The notes beneath the pieces are model-generated. The model was not told the origin of the DNA and ran no database searches. It saw nothing but the letters and a program-made list of their open reading frames with translations. From an uncultured Spirochaetales bacterium (lineage in GTDB: Bacteria > Spirochaetota > Spirochaetia > SPDA01 > CAZSGZ01), in the NCBI GenBank assembly GCA_964440465.1, contig CAYTSI010000005.1, positions 151-64,150 of the forward strand: DNA of 64,000 bases. Direction: 5' to 3'. Positions 25,445 through 35,954 of the stretch are shown one piece after another. Within the stretch, counting starts at the first letter, position 1, and every line of letters starts with the position of its first letter. The position numbers and the translations under genes were made by a program.

Positions 25445-25720
25445 TTACATCGATTTTATCAATTGTTCAAGTCTGTTTTCGGTAATAATTGAACCGGCAC
25501 TGACCTGTTTTCCCCGAACAAGAAGGGCGGGAAACTGATGAATTTCAACACCGGGTACCGTGCATTCTTCATCCGCCCGGAGTTTTACATGATTTATTTG
25601 TATATCGGGATGTTTGGTCTGTATCTCACGCAATACTTCACGAACAATTTGATCGCTAATTGTGCAGGAAGCGCAATGCTGGTCTTTTGAAACAAGGGTA
25701 ATGGTAACAGGTTCAGCCAT
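25445..25720 (-). CDS. Small thioredoxin-fold protein (CxxC)
   Basis: The 91-aa product has a CASC motif after the first beta-strand-like segment (ITLVSKDQHCASC) and a later FPALLV segment. Confidence 0.5.
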   Translation of the reverse strand: MAEPVTITLVSKDQHCASCTISDQIVREVLREIQTKHPDIQINHVKLRADEECTVPGVEIHQFPALLVRGKQVSAGSIITENRLEQLIKSM

Positions 25721-26651
25721 TTCCTTCTATTGTACACGCTTTAATGCTTTGCGCAAGAGATTCTTCGCTGATGCTGCCGCGGATAAGGACGATTTTGCTG
25801 CTGTTTGCTTCGAGAAGCGCGGGAACAGGGGGTTTTTCGGAATAGACGCCGTCAATAATTTCAAAGTACTTCGGACCTTCGGGAAAGCGGAGGACCCCTT
25901 TGCCACGGAGTATTTCCGGTTGTATTTTTTTAATATACGCCTCCCATTTCCCCCGGTCGAGGAGGGCTTTCAGTTCAATACTGAAAGAGAAAAAATTATC
26001 CGGCGGTGTATCGCTGCATTTTTCGGGGACATCCTTCTGCCGCGGCGCGATTTCTTCCAGTGCGTCCCGGGAAACTTCCCCGAAACGGGCGGGAAAGATG
26101 GGGGCGGATTCATTATGTTCCCGCAGAAGCTTTTCCGTTTCTTCCAACCGCTCCGGCGTTACCGTGTCGACTTTATTCAGAATAAAGGCGTCGGCGTATT
26201 CTGCCTGGATCTGTACCGCCTCTAAGGTGGCCTCGACTTTATGAAAATTCGCCGCGTCGATAACACAGAAATTCTGTTCCAGTGATATCAGCTTATCGAG
26301 CCCGTCGAGGCGCATCATGGCATACATATCATCCACCCGGGCGATCCCGGTTGCTTCGATAAGGAGAAAATCGGGCCGCGTCTTCTCCGCTATGTTTTTC
26401 AGCTCCGCGATAAAATCGGTGCGCATGCATACGCAGAAAATGCTGCCCTTGTTGAGTTCGATTTTGTAAAAATCGCCCTCCCGTACCAGGGCGCCGTCAA
26501 TCCCGATGGACCCGAACTCATTAATCATCACCGCGAGTTTTCCGCCCCGGGTACTGTACCATTCGATAAGCCGGTTAATAAGTGTCGTTTTCCCGGCGCC
26601 TAAGAACCCCGTAACCAGGACGGTTTTAATTAGAGGATAGCTTTGATCCAT
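25713..26651 (-). CDS. COG0523/CobW-family G3E GTPase (metallochaperone-like)
   Basis: The P-loop VTGFLGAGKTTLINRLI is followed by a CVCMR Cys motif, LLIEATGIA, and a CobW-type C-terminal domain. Confidence 0.85.
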   Translation of the reverse strand: MDQSYPLIKTVLVTGFLGAGKTTLINRLIEWYSTRGGKLAVMINEFGSIGIDGALVREGDFYKIELNKGSIFCVCMRTDFIAELKNIAEKTRPDFLLIEATGIARVDDMYAMMRLDGLDKLISLEQNFCVIDAANFHKVEATLEAVQIQAEYADAFILNKVDTVTPERLEETEKLLREHNESAPIFPARFGEVSRDALEEIAPRQKDVPEKCSDTPPDNFFSFSIELKALLDRGKWEAYIKKIQPEILRGKGVLRFPEGPKYFEIIDGVYSEKPPVPALLEANSSKIVLIRGSISEESLAQSIKACTIEGNG

Positions 26652-28249
26652 TCCTTAATAACCTCTTTGTCGATTACCTTTCCGAAAGATTTGAGTTCTT
26701 TTTTAACGGAAATGACCGCCGGCAGTTTTTTTACCTTTAAATCGCGGATTTCGTCGGTATCATTAACCCGTTCGATGGTAATATTGCTTCCCAGTTCCCG
26801 CTGGGCCCTGTTGATGTTGTCGAGCAGCTCCATCGATTCGTCGGAACCGTCGTCTATAACGATCAGTTTCGAGTCGGCCCGCTTAATCCGCGCCCGTTCA
26901 ATCATCCTCTTGTAGACGGCATGGACTAAGTCTTCCCGTTTCGGGATTTGGCTGATAAAAGCAACCTGCCCGTCGATACAGATGGTGGGCACTTTTTCCA
27001 CATGCAGAGCCTCCATCAGTTCGATGGATTCCTTTGTTTTAATTTTATGTTCCCGCCATTCGACCACCCCTTCGAACTCCGGCGCGATTTCCTGCACGCT
27101 TTCCACCATGTACTGACAGGGGGCGCAGGATTCGGAGTCAAGGGTTATGATATCAACCTTGATTTTATCCAGGCCGCCGTAATCGGACATGTCCAGGTCG
27201 GAATGTTCGGCCACCTCTGTCCCCACTAACTCCATGGCAACCTGAAGCTTGTAATCGTCCTTCAGCATTTCCGAAACGGCGATAATGTTTTCCTTCGGTA
27301 CGCCGAAGGGAATATCGCATCCCGGGGCGAGGATAAATCCCGTTTTTCCGCCGGTCTGCAGGCATTCCGCCGCGTGCCGGAGGTTGTCCTTTTCATCCCC
27401 GAAGAGCATGATCGTTGTCAGGCGCATATTGCCGCCGAAGGAAACGTTGTATTTTTCAGCGGTCTCCCGAACGTAATCGAGGGGAATGTTTTCATCAATT
27501 GATACATTGTCGGGCCTGCATTTACACATGGCCTCGACATTTTTCTGGGCGTGGCCGCATACAAAAAAGGATGAGTAGGTGTTTTCCTCCCGAATATGGG
27601 AAAAAATGTCGGAGCAGTATTTTGAGACGTAGGTCCCGAAATCTTTCGGGCTTATCTGGCTTGTCATAGGATCGACAACCGCAATCACATCGCAGCCGTT
27701 TTTTATGTAGTAGGAAGCCATTTTTTTCCCAATTTCCGTACCGAATCGCATTACCTCATGGACTTTCTCCGGATTATCGTACATTTCCATAAAGATTTCC
27801 GGCCCTAACAGGTGCAGTGACAATGTAAAGGGCCCTGTTATCAGGCCGTACAGGGCCACTTCGGGGTATTTCTCCCGGATCTTCCGGGTAACTTCCATAA
27901 TCATCGGAATACGACCCTTGGTTTCATTCAATTCCGGAAGGTCCTCCAGTTTTTTTCCGCCTGTAAGGGCGTGGCTGGATACCGCCGGCGGATTGTCCCG
28001 GGCCCAGATCAGGTCGCAGCCTAAAATTTCCGCTTCCACCTGCAGGTCGAAAATGACCGGGATCCCGTCGGGCCGGTAGGTGTCAACTGCCGCGGAAATG
28101 CCCGCGATCATATTGTCTTTGCTTTTTAAAAACTCCTCGGCCCCCATTCCCAGAAGGGCCGCCGCGTGCACCCCCACAAAGGGGACATAGGGTACACGGA
28201 GGGTCTCTTTATTTTGAATAGCTGTTACTACGAGTTCTTTACCTGTCAA
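26630..28249 (-). CDS. URO-D-family (MtaA/MtbA-like) methyltransferase fused to C-terminal thioredoxin-like domains
   Basis: The N-terminal ~340 aa resemble methylcobamide methyltransferases of the uroporphyrinogen decarboxylase fold (FFVCGHA and APGCDIP candidate Zn ligands). The C-terminal ~190 aa contain a CAPC motif (ITLDSESCAPCQYM) and a second Trx-like repeat. Confidence 0.75.
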   Translation of the reverse strand: MTGKELVVTAIQNKETLRVPYVPFVGVHAAALLGMGAEEFLKSKDNMIAGISAAVDTYRPDGIPVIFDLQVEAEILGCDLIWARDNPPAVSSHALTGGKKLEDLPELNETKGRIPMIMEVTRKIREKYPEVALYGLITGPFTLSLHLLGPEIFMEMYDNPEKVHEVMRFGTEIGKKMASYYIKNGCDVIAVVDPMTSQISPKDFGTYVSKYCSDIFSHIREENTYSSFFVCGHAQKNVEAMCKCRPDNVSIDENIPLDYVRETAEKYNVSFGGNMRLTTIMLFGDEKDNLRHAAECLQTGGKTGFILAPGCDIPFGVPKENIIAVSEMLKDDYKLQVAMELVGTEVAEHSDLDMSDYGGLDKIKVDIITLDSESCAPCQYMVESVQEIAPEFEGVVEWREHKIKTKESIELMEALHVEKVPTICIDGQVAFISQIPKREDLVHAVYKRMIERARIKRADSKLIVIDDGSDESMELLDNINRAQRELGSNITIERVNDTDEIRDLKVKKLPAVISVKKELKSFGKVIDKEVIKEWIKAIL

Positions 28250-28388
28250 TATATTCTCCTTACATATGAATATACAAAAATTGCCGCTCTGGAGAAAGGA
28301 TGATCTTTCTAATTTTTGTAATTCCTCTTCCTCCGTCCCCTCATTTATGGTATTTTAGCTGTGGACCCGCAAAATAGAAGGAGAAGAT

Positions 28389-29285
28389 ATGGCACGAACG
28401 ACAATAACAGAGGCAATAGCGGCGCGGAAAGTACTCGTTTCCGACGGCGCGTGGGGAACAATGATGCAGATGGGGGGGCTCTCGCCGGGTGAATGCCCGG
28501 AGGCCTGGAACACGGAAAAGGCCGATACGGTATTCGAAATCGGCAAGGCGTATATCGATGCCGGGTCCGATATTATCGAGACAAACAGCTTCGGCGGAAC
28601 ATCATATAAATTGAAGTACTACGGTCTTGAAGACCGGGTCGAAATACTGAATAAACTGGCCGCGGAATTGTCCCGGAAGGCCGCCGGCGAGGACAGATGG
28701 GTAATGGGGTCCATGGGACCGACAGGGAAGCTAACGGTAATGGGGGACATAACGGAAGAGGAATATTTCACCGCCTTCACCGAGCAGGCAAAGGCCCTCG
28801 AGGCTGGCGGCGCGGACGCGCTGATGATAGAAACCCAAATGGCCCTTGATGAGGCGTTGGCAGCGGTCCGGGCCGGGAAAGAACATACCTCTCTCGAGAT
28901 TATCGCCTCGTTTACTTTTGAAGAAACCGAAAAAGGCGGTTTTAAAACGATGATGGGTGTAAGCCCCGCGCGGGCGGTTACGGCTGCCGTGGACGCCGGG
29001 GCCTCGATTATCGGCGCGAACTGCGGCAGAGGCTATGCAGGAATGGAACGGGTAATACGGGAGTTCAAGGAGGCCCGCCCGGATGTACCTGTCCTTATTC
29101 AGACAAATGCCGGAATTCCGAAGCAGGAGGACGGGGTAGATGTGTTCCCCGCGACACCGGAGGAGATGGCGGGACAGGTGCCGCTATGGATTGAAGCCGG
29201 GGCCTCGATTATCGGCGGCTGCTGCGGAACGACGGAACAGCATATTGCCGCGATCCGGAAAGCCGTCGATGAATATCTACGCTGA
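28389..29285 (+). CDS. Homocysteine S-methyltransferase domain protein (MetH N-terminal-like)
   Basis: The motifs LVSDGAWGTMMQ, DIIETNSFGG, GANCG and GGCCGT form the Zn-binding Cys triad pattern of Hcy-binding domains. Confidence 0.8.
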   Translation: MARTTITEAIAARKVLVSDGAWGTMMQMGGLSPGECPEAWNTEKADTVFEIGKAYIDAGSDIIETNSFGGTSYKLKYYGLEDRVEILNKLAAELSRKAAGEDRWVMGSMGPTGKLTVMGDITEEEYFTAFTEQAKALEAGGADALMIETQMALDEALAAVRAGKEHTSLEIIASFTFEETEKGGFKTMMGVSPARAVTAAVDAGASIIGANCGRGYAGMERVIREFKEARPDVPVLIQTNAGIPKQEDGVDVFPATPEEMAGQVPLWIEAGASIIGGCCGTTEQHIAAIRKAVDEYLR

Positions 29286-29299
29286 CAAAAGGACGGAAC

Positions 29300-30349
29300 A
29301 TGGACCGAAAACTGAAGCTCTCGATTAGGAAAACTGAAAATGAAAAACTCCGGGGGGAAATTCAAACCCGCCTCGACGACTTGACGAAGCCCCCGGGAAG
29401 CCTGGGACGGTTGGAAGAACTGGTTATGCAGTACTGTCTCTGCAGAGGTAATGCCGATGCCGTACTTGAAAAAATGAAGATTTTTACCTTTGCCGGGGAC
29501 CACGGGATTACCGAAGAAGGCGTCAGCCCCTATCCCTCGGAGGTTACCATGCAGATGGTGATGAACATGGCCGCCGGCGGGGCCGCTATCAGTGTGCTCT
29601 GTAAGAACGCGGGAATCGAATATTCCGTTGTGGATATCGGCGTTGCCGGGGACCTTCCGAAGATTGACGGCATTATCTATCAAAAAATTGCACGGGGGAC
29701 GGAGAATTTTGCCAAAGGGCCGGCAATGACGGAGGAGCAGTGCTTCAATGCCCTGCAGGCGGGCATTGATCTCGCCGGCGCGGGACCCCGCGACCTGTAT
29801 GGCGTCGGGGAGATGGGGATTGGCAACACTTCATCCGCTTCCGCCCTCTGTGCCCTTTTGCTGGGAATACCGGCCGAGGAAACAGTCGGTGCCGGGACCG
29901 GAGCGTCGGGAGATCTTCTGGCGCGAAAAAAAGAAGTCATACGGGCGGCGGTTCATTTTCACCGAAAGTCCTGGGACGGAAGCGGGTTTGACGCCCTGCG
30001 CCGTGTCGGGGGGTATGAACTTGCCGGAATGGCCGGTGTCATGCTGGGTGCCGCCGCGAAAAGGGTCCCGACCGTGGTCGACGGCTTTATCTCCTCCGCG
30101 GCGGCGCTGGCGGCGCTTCGTATCTGTCCCGAAACGGAGGATTATCTTATCTTTTCTCACGCATCGGCGGAACATTATCACCGGGCTTTTTTAGAAAAAC
30201 TTTCCGTCAAGCCGGTAATGGACCTGCGGATGCGTTTAGGTGAGGGGACCGGTTCCGCCCTGGCAATGCAGATTATTCAGCAGGGAATGAACTGCTATCA
30301 CCAGATGGCCACCTTCAGTTCCGCCGGGGTTTCGGGGACGGAGGAATAG
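29300..30349 (+). CDS. cobT: Nicotinate-nucleotide--dimethylbenzimidazole phosphoribosyltransferase
   Basis: The motifs [28 protein letters not shown] and [10 protein letters not shown] match the canonical CobT pattern. Confidence 0.9.
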   Translation: MDRKLKLSIRKTENEKLRGEIQTRLDDLTKPPGSLGRLEELVMQYCLCRGNADAVLEKMKIFTFAGDHGITEEGVSPYPSEVTMQMVMNMAAGGAAISVLCKNAGIEYSVVDIGVAGDLPKIDGIIYQKIARGTENFAKGPAMTEEQCFNALQAGIDLAGAGPRDLYGVGEMGIGNTSSASALCALLLGIPAEETVGAGTGASGDLLARKKEVIRAAVHFHRKSWDGSGFDALRRVGGYELAGMAGVMLGAAAKRVPTVVDGFISSAAALAALRICPETEDYLIFSHASAEHYHRAFLEKLSVKPVMDLRMRLGEGTGSALAMQIIQQGMNCYHQMATFSSAGVSGTEE

Positions 30350-30356
30350 CCGCGGC

Positions 30357-31271
30357 ATGCCGATTAAAATACCCGACAATTTACCCGCCCACCTTGTCTT
30401 GTCCCGGGAAAACATCTTCGTTATGGACGAGACCCGGGCAATCCATCAGGATATCAGGCCGTTAAAAATCCTTTTACTCAATTTGATGCCGACAAAAATT
30501 ACGACGGAAACCCAGGTGATGCGTCAGCTTTCCAACTCGCCCCTGCAGATCGAGGTTGAGCTGCTGCATCCGAAAACGCATATACCGAAAAACACCCCTT
30601 CCGAGCATCTGCTGGCTTTTTATAAAACCTTTGACGATGTGAAACATCAAAAATACGACGGCCTTATTATTACCGGCGCGCCTGTTGAGCGTATCGAATT
30701 TGAAGAGGTCACCTACTGGGAAGAGCTTACCCGCATTATGGAATGGTCGATACATCATGTAACGTCGACAATGCACGTCTGCTGGGCCGCCCAGGCGGGG
30801 CTGTACTATCATTACGGGATAAAAAAGCACGATCTTTCGAAAAAAATGTTCGGTGTCTTCCCGCATTCCACCCTGAACAGATCGATACCCCTAGTCCGCG
30901 GCTTCGATGACGTGTTTGTCGCCCCCCATTCGAGGCATACGGAGGTCCGGCGGGAAGAAATCGCGGCCCATCCGGAGCTCGAACTTTTAAGTGAATCCCA
31001 GGAGGCGGGAGTATACATCGTTTTGGCGAAAAACGGCATGATTTTCGTAACCGGTCATGCCGAATACGATCCCCTTACCCTGAAGGAGGAGTACGAACGG
31101 GACCGGCAGAAGGGGGAGTACATCGAATTACCGAAAAACTACTTTATCAATGATGATCCGGGACTAGGCGTTATCGTCCGCTGGCGAAGCCACGCCCAGC
31201 TCCTCTTTTCGAACTGGCTTAATTACTACGTCTACCAGCTTACCCCCTATGATATGAACCAGATCCGGTAG
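30357..31271 (+). CDS. metA: Homoserine O-acyltransferase, MetA type
   Basis: The sequence [11 protein letters not shown]...[10 protein letters not shown]...ITGAPVE...CWAAQAG...HSRHTEV matches the MetA family pattern. Confidence 0.9.
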   Translation: MPIKIPDNLPAHLVLSRENIFVMDETRAIHQDIRPLKILLLNLMPTKITTETQVMRQLSNSPLQIEVELLHPKTHIPKNTPSEHLLAFYKTFDDVKHQKYDGLIITGAPVERIEFEEVTYWEELTRIMEWSIHHVTSTMHVCWAAQAGLYYHYGIKKHDLSKKMFGVFPHSTLNRSIPLVRGFDDVFVAPHSRHTEVRREEIAAHPELELLSESQEAGVYIVLAKNGMIFVTGHAEYDPLTLKEEYERDRQKGEYIELPKNYFINDDPGLGVIVRWRSHAQLLFSNWLNYYVYQLTPYDMNQIR

Positions 31272-31273
31272 CT

Positions 31274-32800
31274 TTACTCCTGAAAGATCCGTTTTGTCGC
31301 GTAGACAGGGTCCGCCGTCAAGTTTACGCCGATCCTCCTCAGTCCCGCCTCATCGCCGGGGCTCGGAATATGGGTCAGATGCATTTTGCAGCCCCGAATT
31401 TCGTGCAGTTTATCCATGCAGGCCTTGACCATCGGGGTGAGGGCGGAACTTATCGCTAAAGCGATCAGGGCCTCATCCACATCAAGACTGGGATGTTTCC
31501 CGCCTCCCACTTCCCGTTTAAAACCGGCGATGGATTCGATAATCAGCGGGGAAAGGAGGTGTATCGAATCCGGTACGCCCGCGAGTCTCTTCAGCCCGTT
31601 AATGATTGCCGCGGTTGCCGCGTGCAGCAGGTGGGAATTTTTTCCCGTTATCATTTCTCCCGAGGAAAGTTCCAAAGCGGCACCGCAGATGGTAAGTCCG
31701 TCGGCAACACCCCCTTTCGCGCCCAAACGTTCCGCTCTTTCCTCCACCGTTTTTCGGGCGGGAGTTACAACCGGCCGATACTCCGGTGTTATCCCCAGCT
31801 CCTTCAGAAGCATATGGGCTTTATTGAGAGACTCTATGTCAGCTAATCCCATCATATACTCACAGGCCGTCCGAAAATATCTGTAAACGGTTTCCTGCTT
31901 TGCCGATTCACGGGCAGCGTCGTCGTTAACAATAGCGAATCCCACGCGGTTTACCCCCATTTCCGTTGGGGACCGGTAGATCGGCCGGGAAGCGGTAATA
32001 CGTTCTAGTATCGCCTTTAAAATAGGAAAGGACTCCACGTCCCGGTTGTAGTTGATTGCACTTTCCCCCGCGGCCTCCAGGTGGAAAGGGTCGATACAAT
32101 TAACGTCCTTGAGGTCCAGTGTAGCAGCTTCGTAGGCAATATTGACGGGGTGTTTAAAGGGGAGGTTCCACACGGGGAAGGTTTCGAACTTCGCGTACAT
32201 TGCGGGGACCCCCCGTTTATAATCATGGTAAACCTGGGAGAGGCATGTTGCCATTTTCCCCGAACCGGGGCCGGGACCGGTAACCACCACCAGGGGGCTC
32301 GAGACTTCGATCCTGGGATTCGCGCCGTACCCTTCGCCGGAAACAATAAGGTCGATATCGGCAGGATAGCCGCTGATCGGCGCGTGCGTGTAGACCCTGA
32401 GTCCGCGGTTCTCCAGCTTCGTTTTGAATACTTTTGCCTGGCGCTGCCCCTCCCACCGGGTAATGACCACCGCGGACACGGCAAGACTTCTTTCGGCGAG
32501 ATCGTCGATGAGTTTCATGGCGTCGGCATCGTAGGTTATCCCGTAATCGGCCCGGATCTTCCGCTGTTCGATGGCTCCCGCGTGGATGCATAAAAGGATG
32601 TCCGCCTCCTTCTTAAGTTCCTTGAGAAGTCTGACTTTTATATTCGGATCATATCCGGGAAGGACCCGGGCGGCATGGAAGTCATTCAGCAGCTTTCCTC
32701 CGAATTCCAGGTAGAGCCTTCCTTTTGATGTACGCATCCGTTCTCTGATGCAAGAGGTCTGTTCTTGGAGGTAAATTTCGTTATCGAATGCCTTTTCCAT
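31274..32800 (-). CDS. DUF1846 (UPF0371) family protein
   Basis: The 508-aa product starts FDNEIYLQEQ...LYLEFGGKLLNDFHAARVLPGYDPN, which is characteristic of the UPF0371 family as I recall it. Confidence 0.7.
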   Translation of the reverse strand: MEKAFDNEIYLQEQTSCIRERMRTSKGRLYLEFGGKLLNDFHAARVLPGYDPNIKVRLLKELKKEADILLCIHAGAIEQRKIRADYGITYDADAMKLIDDLAERSLAVSAVVITRWEGQRQAKVFKTKLENRGLRVYTHAPISGYPADIDLIVSGEGYGANPRIEVSSPLVVVTGPGPGSGKMATCLSQVYHDYKRGVPAMYAKFETFPVWNLPFKHPVNIAYEAATLDLKDVNCIDPFHLEAAGESAINYNRDVESFPILKAILERITASRPIYRSPTEMGVNRVGFAIVNDDAARESAKQETVYRYFRTACEYMMGLADIESLNKAHMLLKELGITPEYRPVVTPARKTVEERAERLGAKGGVADGLTICGAALELSSGEMITGKNSHLLHAATAAIINGLKRLAGVPDSIHLLSPLIIESIAGFKREVGGGKHPSLDVDEALIALAISSALTPMVKACMDKLHEIRGCKMHLTHIPSPGDEAGLRRIGVNLTADPVYATKRIFQE

Positions 32801-32983
32801 GGTAACGCCTTGTCCCGGGGCAGTCTAACCGGTATCCGGTCTTTTGGGAATAGAACAGATTGAATGATGTTTATTCCCCGCCGATGTTACAACTTTTTTA
32901 CAATTGTTTTACACTGGTCTGACTAAAAAAAATCTCCGGGATATAGATTTGTAATGAAAGAATCTAATTGCAAGGAGAAAGAA

Positions 32984-34321
32984 ATGAAAAAAAGCGGTAT
33001 TATAACGGTGTTTTTGGCGGCAGCGGTCGTTATCGGCGGTGTTTTCGGAGGGACAGAGCTGTCCGCGCAGACTGTGGACTTGAAGGTTTCCGTGTCGAAC
33101 CCGTATCTGCTCGCTGGGGAGCGGCAGAGTGTCTTTCTGAAGGTGGGGCTGACCGGGTTTGAGCTGGATGGACGGATAGACAGGCCGCCCGCGAATGTTT
33201 CTATTGTGCTGGACAAGTCGGGGTCGATGGAGGGGGAAAAGCTGGTCCGGGCGAAGGAAGCGGCGCTGTTAGCGGTGGAGATGCTCGGAGACAGGGACAT
33301 TGTTTCGATTGTGACCTATTCCGATACTGTATCGGTCCTGGTGCCCGCGACACGGGTATCGGAGCGGAGTTATATCCGGCGGCGGATCGAGTCGATTTTT
33401 GCCGGGGGATCGACGGCGCTGTTTGCCGGGGTGAGCAAAGGGGCCGACGAGGTGTCGAAATTCTTAGAGCGGAACAAGGTAAACCGGGTCATTCTTCTTT
33501 CCGACGGTCTGGCGAATGTGGGGCCGGATTCGCCTATGGCGTTAGGCAGTTTGGGAGAATCGTTGAAGCGCACGGGGATTTCGGTGACCACTATCGGCCT
33601 CGGCTTGGGTTACAATGAAGACTTGATGGTTGCTTTAGCGGAACGGAGCGACGGGAACCATGCTTTTGTGGAAAATTATCGCGATTTGACAAGGATTTTT
33701 CAGTATGAGTTTCAGGACATTCTGTCCGTGGTGGCGCAGGACGTGAAAATAGAAATTATATGCGACGAACGGATTGTTCCCCGGCGGATTTTAGGCAGAA
33801 ACGCGGAAATTATCGGGAACAAAGTGTATACCAACCTCAATCAGCTTTACAGCAATCAGGAAAAGTATCTGCTTATCGAGCTCGAAGTGCCCCCGTTTCA
33901 GGAGGGGACACAGATTGATGCCGCCCGGGTAAGTATACAGTATGATAATATGGGGACATACAAGTCCGATTATCTAACGGGGGCCGCGGCCGTCAGTTTT
34001 ACCCGGTCGAAGCAGGCTGTCGACGATGCGAAGGACCGGGCGACATTGGTAGACGCGGTAAAGCAGATAGCAACGGAACGGAGTGAAGAGGCCATCAGTC
34101 TGCGGGACAAGGGAGAGGTGGAGGAAGCACGGCGGGTTTTGCAGGCGAATTCCGAGTTTTTGCTGGAAGAGGCGGAAGAACTGGCATCGCCGGAACTGGA
34201 AGGATTAAGCCAGTCGATTCAGATGGACGCGGCGGCAATTGAGGATGATGCCGAGTGGAATTCCAACCGGAAACGGATGAAGAAGGAGTCCTATGAAGTC
34301 CAGAATCAGCAGAGTTACTAA
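32984..34321 (+). CDS. Secreted von Willebrand factor A (VWA) domain protein
   Basis: A signal peptide (MKKSGIITVFLAAAVVIGGVFG) precedes a VWA MIDAS-type motif (IVLDKSGSMEG...GGSTAL...ILLSDGLAN). The start was trimmed to ATG 32984, after AAGGAG. Confidence 0.75.
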   Translation: MKKSGIITVFLAAAVVIGGVFGGTELSAQTVDLKVSVSNPYLLAGERQSVFLKVGLTGFELDGRIDRPPANVSIVLDKSGSMEGEKLVRAKEAALLAVEMLGDRDIVSIVTYSDTVSVLVPATRVSERSYIRRRIESIFAGGSTALFAGVSKGADEVSKFLERNKVNRVILLSDGLANVGPDSPMALGSLGESLKRTGISVTTIGLGLGYNEDLMVALAERSDGNHAFVENYRDLTRIFQYEFQDILSVVAQDVKIEIICDERIVPRRILGRNAEIIGNKVYTNLNQLYSNQEKYLLIELEVPPFQEGTQIDAARVSIQYDNMGTYKSDYLTGAAAVSFTRSKQAVDDAKDRATLVDAVKQIATERSEEAISLRDKGEVEEARRVLQANSEFLLEEAEELASPELEGLSQSIQMDAAAIEDDAEWNSNRKRMKKESYEVQNQQSY

Positions 34322-35954
34322 CAAAAAACTAATTGCGGTTTTTCTACTATTGACCGCGGTACCGGTAGGGCTGCTGGGCTGGCTTGCCGTAGTGGGCTAC
34401 AGGTCCGAAGCGGAACGGACTCGGCAGCAGCTCGAGGCCCTGGGGAGGGAACGCCTTACCACCGTTAATCTGCAGATAGAACACCATTTTTCTTCCCTGG
34501 AATCGGAGCTGCTGGGCCTGCCGAATCTGTATGAGGCATTTACCCGCGGCGCCGGCGAAGGCGCCGGCGCCGCGGGGACGGAGGAGCTGCGGGAACTTAC
34601 CCGTGAAAATTTTCTTTTTCGCCAGGTTTTTATCCTCGATAGCGAAAACCGCATGCTTTTCCCCGATGCTGAAATGCCGTTAAGCGAAAATGAACGTGAT
34701 TTTCTCCTTCGGACAAAGGAGATTGGGCTCTCCCGGGGGCTGTTTGAAAATAGCAGCGAGAAACGTACCGGTACACAGGAGTACGGCTGGTATACCTGGT
34801 ATTTAGGTGAAGGCATCAATTTTATTTTCTGGCAAAAAGGGGAACAAAAAGGGGGGACAGAGCAAGAAAAAAGCGTGATAACCGCTGTTGAATTAAACCG
34901 TATGGCCGTTATTTCCGGTGTTATCCGGGGACTTCCGGCAACCGACCCTAAGAGCGGTGACAGGTTTCGCGTGGTTTTAAAGGATGTCGGGAATAATGAA
35001 GTGTATATATGGGGCAGCTATGTTCCTGAAGAGGGGATTCCGCCAACGGCAACTGCTTCGGTAGTACCGCCGCTTGCCGCGTGGAGTCTCGAATATTACC
35101 TTCCGCCGGGGACAGAGGAGGCGGCCGCGGGAAGAATTATCCCGCTGTTCGGCGTAATCGGGTTTGTTTCCCTGGCGATTATCGGTTTGGCGGTGTATTT
35201 TTACCGGGAAAGTAGGAGGGAAGTCCGTGAAGCGTATAAAAAGGTCAGTTTCGTCAATCAGGTCAGCCATGAATTGAAAACTCCGTTAACGAATATCCGA
35301 ATGTACGCGGAGCTTCTCGAGAACAGGCTGCCTGAAGAGGATGAGAGGGGAAGCAGCTATCTCGATATCGTTATATCCGAAAGCAGAAGGCTGGGCAGGC
35401 TGATAGGCAATGTGCTTACCTTTGCAAGAGAGGGGCAAAACGGGGCCGCGTTTTCTCCCTCGGAGGAAGTCCCGGACCGGATCGTACAAGCGGTGGTCGG
35501 GAATTTTCGCGCCTCCCTGGAATCGAAAAAAATTCACGTTGAGTTGGACCTTCATGCCGGTACGGCGGTGATGATAGACAGGGACATTACCGAACAAATA
35601 GTGAGTAATCTAATCAGCAATGTGGAAAAGTATGCCGCCTCCGGCGAGTACCTGGGAATACAAACAAAGCAGTACGGGCAAACCGCGAAGAGCTTTACTA
35701 CTGAAATTACCGTTGTCGACAAGGGGCCGGGAATTCCGAAGGGTTTGCGGGAAAAGGTGTTTTCGCCGTTTTTCAGAATCAGCAGCAAGTCGACAGACGG
35801 GATTTCCGGGACCGGTATCGGTTTGTCGATTGTCCGCGGTCTGGCAAAGAAACACGGCGGAAGCGCGGCTGTAATTTCCGGCGGGGGGCCGGGGACAGAG
35901 CTGCGGGTTGTTTTGAAAACTGAAAGAGGACAAAATGAAAATACTGTTAGCTGA
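34293..35954 (+). CDS. Sensor histidine kinase
   Basis: Two TM segments flank a ~250-aa periplasmic region. The H-box is FVNQVSHELKTPLT, and the N/G boxes include NVEKYA and GTGIGLSIV. The gene overlaps the VWA gene by 29 nt. Confidence 0.85.
   Translation: MKSRISRVTNKKLIAVFLLLTAVPVGLLGWLAVVGYRSEAERTRQQLEALGRERLTTVNLQIEHHFSSLESELLGLPNLYEAFTRGAGEGAGAAGTEELRELTRENFLFRQVFILDSENRMLFPDAEMPLSENERDFLLRTKEIGLSRGLFENSSEKRTGTQEYGWYTWYLGEGINFIFWQKGEQKGGTEQEKSVITAVELNRMAVISGVIRGLPATDPKSGDRFRVVLKDVGNNEVYIWGSYVPEEGIPPTATASVVPPLAAWSLEYYLPPGTEEAAAGRIIPLFGVIGFVSLAIIGLAVYFYRESRREVREAYKKVSFVNQVSHELKTPLTNIRMYAELLENRLPEEDERGSSYLDIVISESRRLGRLIGNVLTFAREGQNGAAFSPSEEVPDRIVQAVVGNFRASLESKKIHVELDLHAGTAVMIDRDITEQIVSNLISNVEKYAASGEYLGIQTKQYGQTAKSFTTEITVVDKGPGIPKGLREKVFSPFFRISSKSTDGISGTGIGLSIVRGLAKKHGGSAAVISGGGPGTELRVVLKTERGQNENTVS

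Noticed and set aside
28250-28388. A possible SAM or cobalamin riboswitch upstream of the Hcy methyltransferase, cobT and metA genes. The regions 30350-30356 and 61655-61790 were also checked.
   Set aside because: The intergenic regions are too short (140 nt or less). I could not find the conserved B12-box or SAM-I helices by eye. A covariance-model scan would be needed to be sure.
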